Positions 60,826 through 64,000 of a DNA stretch of 64,000 nucleotides are shown in pieces (position 1 is the first letter of the stretch; each line of letters opens with the position of its first letter). This stretch comes from Klebsormidium nitens (lineage: Eukaryota > Plantae > Klebsormidiophyceae), in the NCBI GenBank assembly GCA_000708835.1, contig DF237012.1, forward strand, positions 190,013-254,012, given 5' to 3'. The notes beneath the pieces were generated by a model, which ran no database searches, was not told the origin of the DNA, and was given only the letters and a program-made list of their open reading frames with translations. A program made the translations under genes and the position numbers.

Positions 60826-63719
60826 ACGGGTACAAAACCCTTACTCTGCCACGGACCAAAGTCGGAGTCTATGTAAGGGTCTGACTTCACCGCCCCTCCG
60901 AGTCACATGCTATAGAGGAACATGTTCTCAAGCGAGTCTCCTTTCTGATCTTGAAAAAGTATGAATTTCAAGGACAGAACGACAAAACAGGATGATACGA
61001 CAAGCTTCTTCGATATAGTCACCCAAGTCCACCACTTACTATGTTGACAATAAATCGCGGGCAGCATCAATTAATTTCTCGAAGACTCCCGTAATGAATT
61101 TTGAGTGTGCTGTAGAGTTATAAACAGACGAACAAATGCACCAGAACTTCTGTATGCGGCAAATGACGATGCTGCGTGACACGTTATACGCGGCGCAGTC
61201 TTTGACCTAGCATCTCCCCAATTGAAGTCCTGCGAAACTCACGGGGAGCAACGTTAACATGACCACTAGCCCTACTGTTCAACGACTTGCTTTTCTACGC
61301 CGTGTGATCAGCCTGTGAACAGATGCAAAAACCACTGCAAACAGGCAAAGAAAACTTATCCGCGGATTGGTTCCAATTAGAATGTAACATCAGGTTTCAG
61401 GCGTGGGCAACAACATTGTGGCGAACCGCCAACACATCAAACTTTTTTTTCAAGCCTTCCTGAAAGGGGAGGCATCTTCAAAGCTGCATCCGAGCTGATC
61501 AAATCGTGCAGCAGAGCTTACCTCTTCGAAGTCTCTCCTGTGCCGCGGATTTTTGAATCGTCCTGATTTGCCAGGATTGGCGACTATTCTGACTGCGTTT
61601 TTGACTTGCGATGCTTCGCAACCCTAAAAGCGGCCTAACGGGCAGTATCTTTAAACTTTCTAGCTCTTTGCGACAGGCTTTCCGGTCTTCATCCAACAAC
61701 ACTTCTCTACGCACTCGTCAAATGCGAAGGACTATTCTATCTTCAAGGGCATCAGCTGGGCATTAAGGACTGCACTTCTAAAGGGGCACTGATTTGACAA
61801 CTTAAGCTCAAAGCTATGAAGATGACCTGGATAGCTCTCTTAACACCCTTACAAAATCCACTGAAGANNNNNNNNNNNNNNNNNNNNNNNNNNNNNNNNN
61901 NNNNNNNNNNNNNNNNNNNNNNNNNNNNNNNNNNNNNNNNNNNNNNNNNNNNNNNNNNNNNNNNNNNNNNNNNNNNNNNNNNNNNNNNNNNNNNNNNNNN
62001 NNNNNNNNNNNNNNNNNNNNNNNNNNNNNNNNNNNNNNNNNNNNNNNNNNNNNNNNNNNNNNNNNNNNNNNNNNNNNNNNNNNNNNNNNNNNNNNNNNNN
62101 NNNNNNNNNNNNNNNNNNNNNNNNNNNNNNNNNNNNNNNNNNNNNNNNNNNNNNNNNNNNNNNNNNNNNNNNNNNNNNNNNNNNNNNNNNNNNNNNNNNN
62201 NNNNNNNNNNNNNNNNNNNNNNNNNNNNNNNNNNNNNNNNNNNNNNNNNNNNNNNNNNNNNNNNNNNNNNNNNNNNNNNNNNNNNNNNNNNNNNNNNNNN
62301 NNNNNNNNNNNNNNNNNNNNNNNNNNNNNNNNNATGTCGCGCGCGCGGTCGCCATCAGTCTTTGACGGGAACAACCTGAGGTGACACTTGCGGCCGGCAT
62401 TGGACGATTGAATCCTTGCTTTGACCAGGCCGTGTGAATAAGCCCTTCCATCGCCGCAATGACATGATTTTCGATAATCAGATCGACCATTGTGGATGGC
62501 CCCTTCACATCAAGGTTTTGTAGTGTCGCGCTTGACAGACCACATCATGATAGCACATGCGATCAAGGAGTTATTCGTTTCCTCGAGATTGACGGATTTT
62601 GGCAACACCATACAGACGCTGATGATGTGACGTCGACGTTCATGTATGATACGGAGTCATGACACTGGAACACTGAGCTCAACTAGATGATTATAAGAAG
62701 GGCTAATTGAGAATGAACCGATTCTTTCCACCTGCGAAACTTCGAACCAACGACACCTTAGGAAAAGTAAGCTTCAGGAACAGTAAGCTCACCAGGTGAG
62801 GTTGATTTGGGGGGTTTAGGGTGACAAGGGGCGTACGAACAAAGCAGAGTCAGGAAGACGAGGAGGCAGGTCCCCATTCTCCATGCCGACTGGAAACCTT
62901 AGCACTCGAAGTCCTGTGATTGTTCGAGCCGATAGCTATCGCGGCGCGGCCCGGCCGAGCAGCGGGCCACGCGCGGCCGCCCAGAATTTTGGCGGCCGCC
63001 CGGCCGGCCCCCGGGCCGCCGCCCGCGGCCACTCACCGTTTATGCGGGGGCGGCGCGAGTCTCAAATCCCACCCAACTCTCTCCACCGTCCGATGCGCAG
63101 GGTTTCTCCGGGCGCCGTCGATCTGTGATTCGGCTGAACTGCACAGAAAGTGCCCGGTTTGGCCGCAAACACCATAGGCTATGCGCCGCCGAGTCGGAAT
63201 TGCAGTCAGTATGGGGTTGCAAGCTTGCCACCGGACTGAGCAACTTGTCCTGCATTGTGTGGCGTCACGGGCATCGGCGAGCTGAAAGGCGGAAGTGCCC
63301 GCGTCTTCTTTCTGGCAACAGGTGAGCAATGCGGGGTTTGTTTGCTTTGTTTGTCACTGTCACTGGGAGAGTCGTGCTATAAGGCTGGTTGTACTGGATA
63401 CTATTGGAGCAAAGGCGAAGGCATTGTCAGCAATAGACAGCTCAGACTAAAGTGGAAAGAATAACACTGGCTGCGCTGATACGGGCAAACTCCAAGGGGT
63501 TCTTGTAGCACGCCACCAGGAATCAGTGCACTCTGAAACATCCGAAAGGCACGCCACCAGGACCCAGTGGATTGACAAGGATTTCTGCGGGGATTTCTGG
63601 AGATAAAGCACGAACTCAAATCGTGAGGTACCTCTGTGGTGCCAACTGAGGTGCCTCCATATTGGATAACTCGCTGAAGTCCGGTCGAAATTGGCATCTC
63701 ACACTGTGATCGTCGAAAG

Positions 63720-64000
63720 TGGTGTACCAACTTGAAAAGGCGTATTGCTTTTGAAGAATCTAACAGGCTTTTCCATATACATCTTGCGGGGCATGGCCGG
63801 GTTTGCCCATCAAGCACAATTCCAAATCCGCATGTACCAAGAAAAGGCGTGTTACTTTCTTAAGAATCTAATGGGCTTTTTCTGGTACATCTTTGGGGGC
63901 ATGGCCGGGCTTGCCCATCCGAGCACAATTCCAGCCATCCAGCACACAAATTAGCATGTACCAACAAAAGGCGTATTACTTTCTTAAGAATCTAATGGGC
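63720..64000 (+). repeat. Degenerate tandem repeat of ~106-124 bp (about 2.5 units, runs off the window end)
   Basis: tgtaccaa..aaaaggcgt.tt.cttt..aagaatctaa..ggc recurs at ~63723, ~63833 and ~63957, with ggggcatggccggg.ttgcccatc in each full unit. Confidence 0.85.

Noticed and set aside
41556-62508. Long ORFs spanning N runs (41556-42209, 45765-46728, 61814-62508, also 36142-36852 in part)
   Set aside because: Artefacts of translating assembly gaps as X.
61499-62508. Possible upstream RDR exons (strong donor at ~61520; ORF 62508-62335)
   Set aside because: An in-frame stop precedes the 61714 ORF and a gap intervenes, so linkage to RDR cannot be supported.

Overview
Intron-rich eukaryotic genomic DNA with GT-AG introns and several N gaps. 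The plant-like gene orthologues and an interstitial TTTTAGGG telomere-type repeat suggest a streptophyte alga of the Klebsormidium type (inference). Genes reconstructed by hand with phase-consistent splice sites: the 3' end of a type I membrane protein (-); a 9-exon sphingoid-phosphate/lipid phosphate phosphatase (LPP-delta/SPP1, -); a 10x C2H2 zinc-finger protein spliced to a C-terminal RING domain missing from the ORF track (+); an 8-exon organellar NOG1/OBG-family GTPase (-); a membrane-anchored Rubisco-LSMT-type SET protein (+); a BTB region followed by a long disordered region and two CCCH fingers (-); two tandem two-TM paralogues, the second a pseudogene (+); a secreted protein fusing a bacterial-type lamin-tail domain to DNase II (-); and an RNA-dependent RNA polymerase (-). 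The most striking non-genic pattern is that many introns contain serial, decaying, same-orientation copies ('echoes') of the adjacent splice junction: about 11 junctions in 4 genes. Some echoes read AG|GT where the true junction does not. The most striking protein is the LTD-DNase II fusion. No rRNA, tRNA, CRISPR array or intact transposase was recognised.
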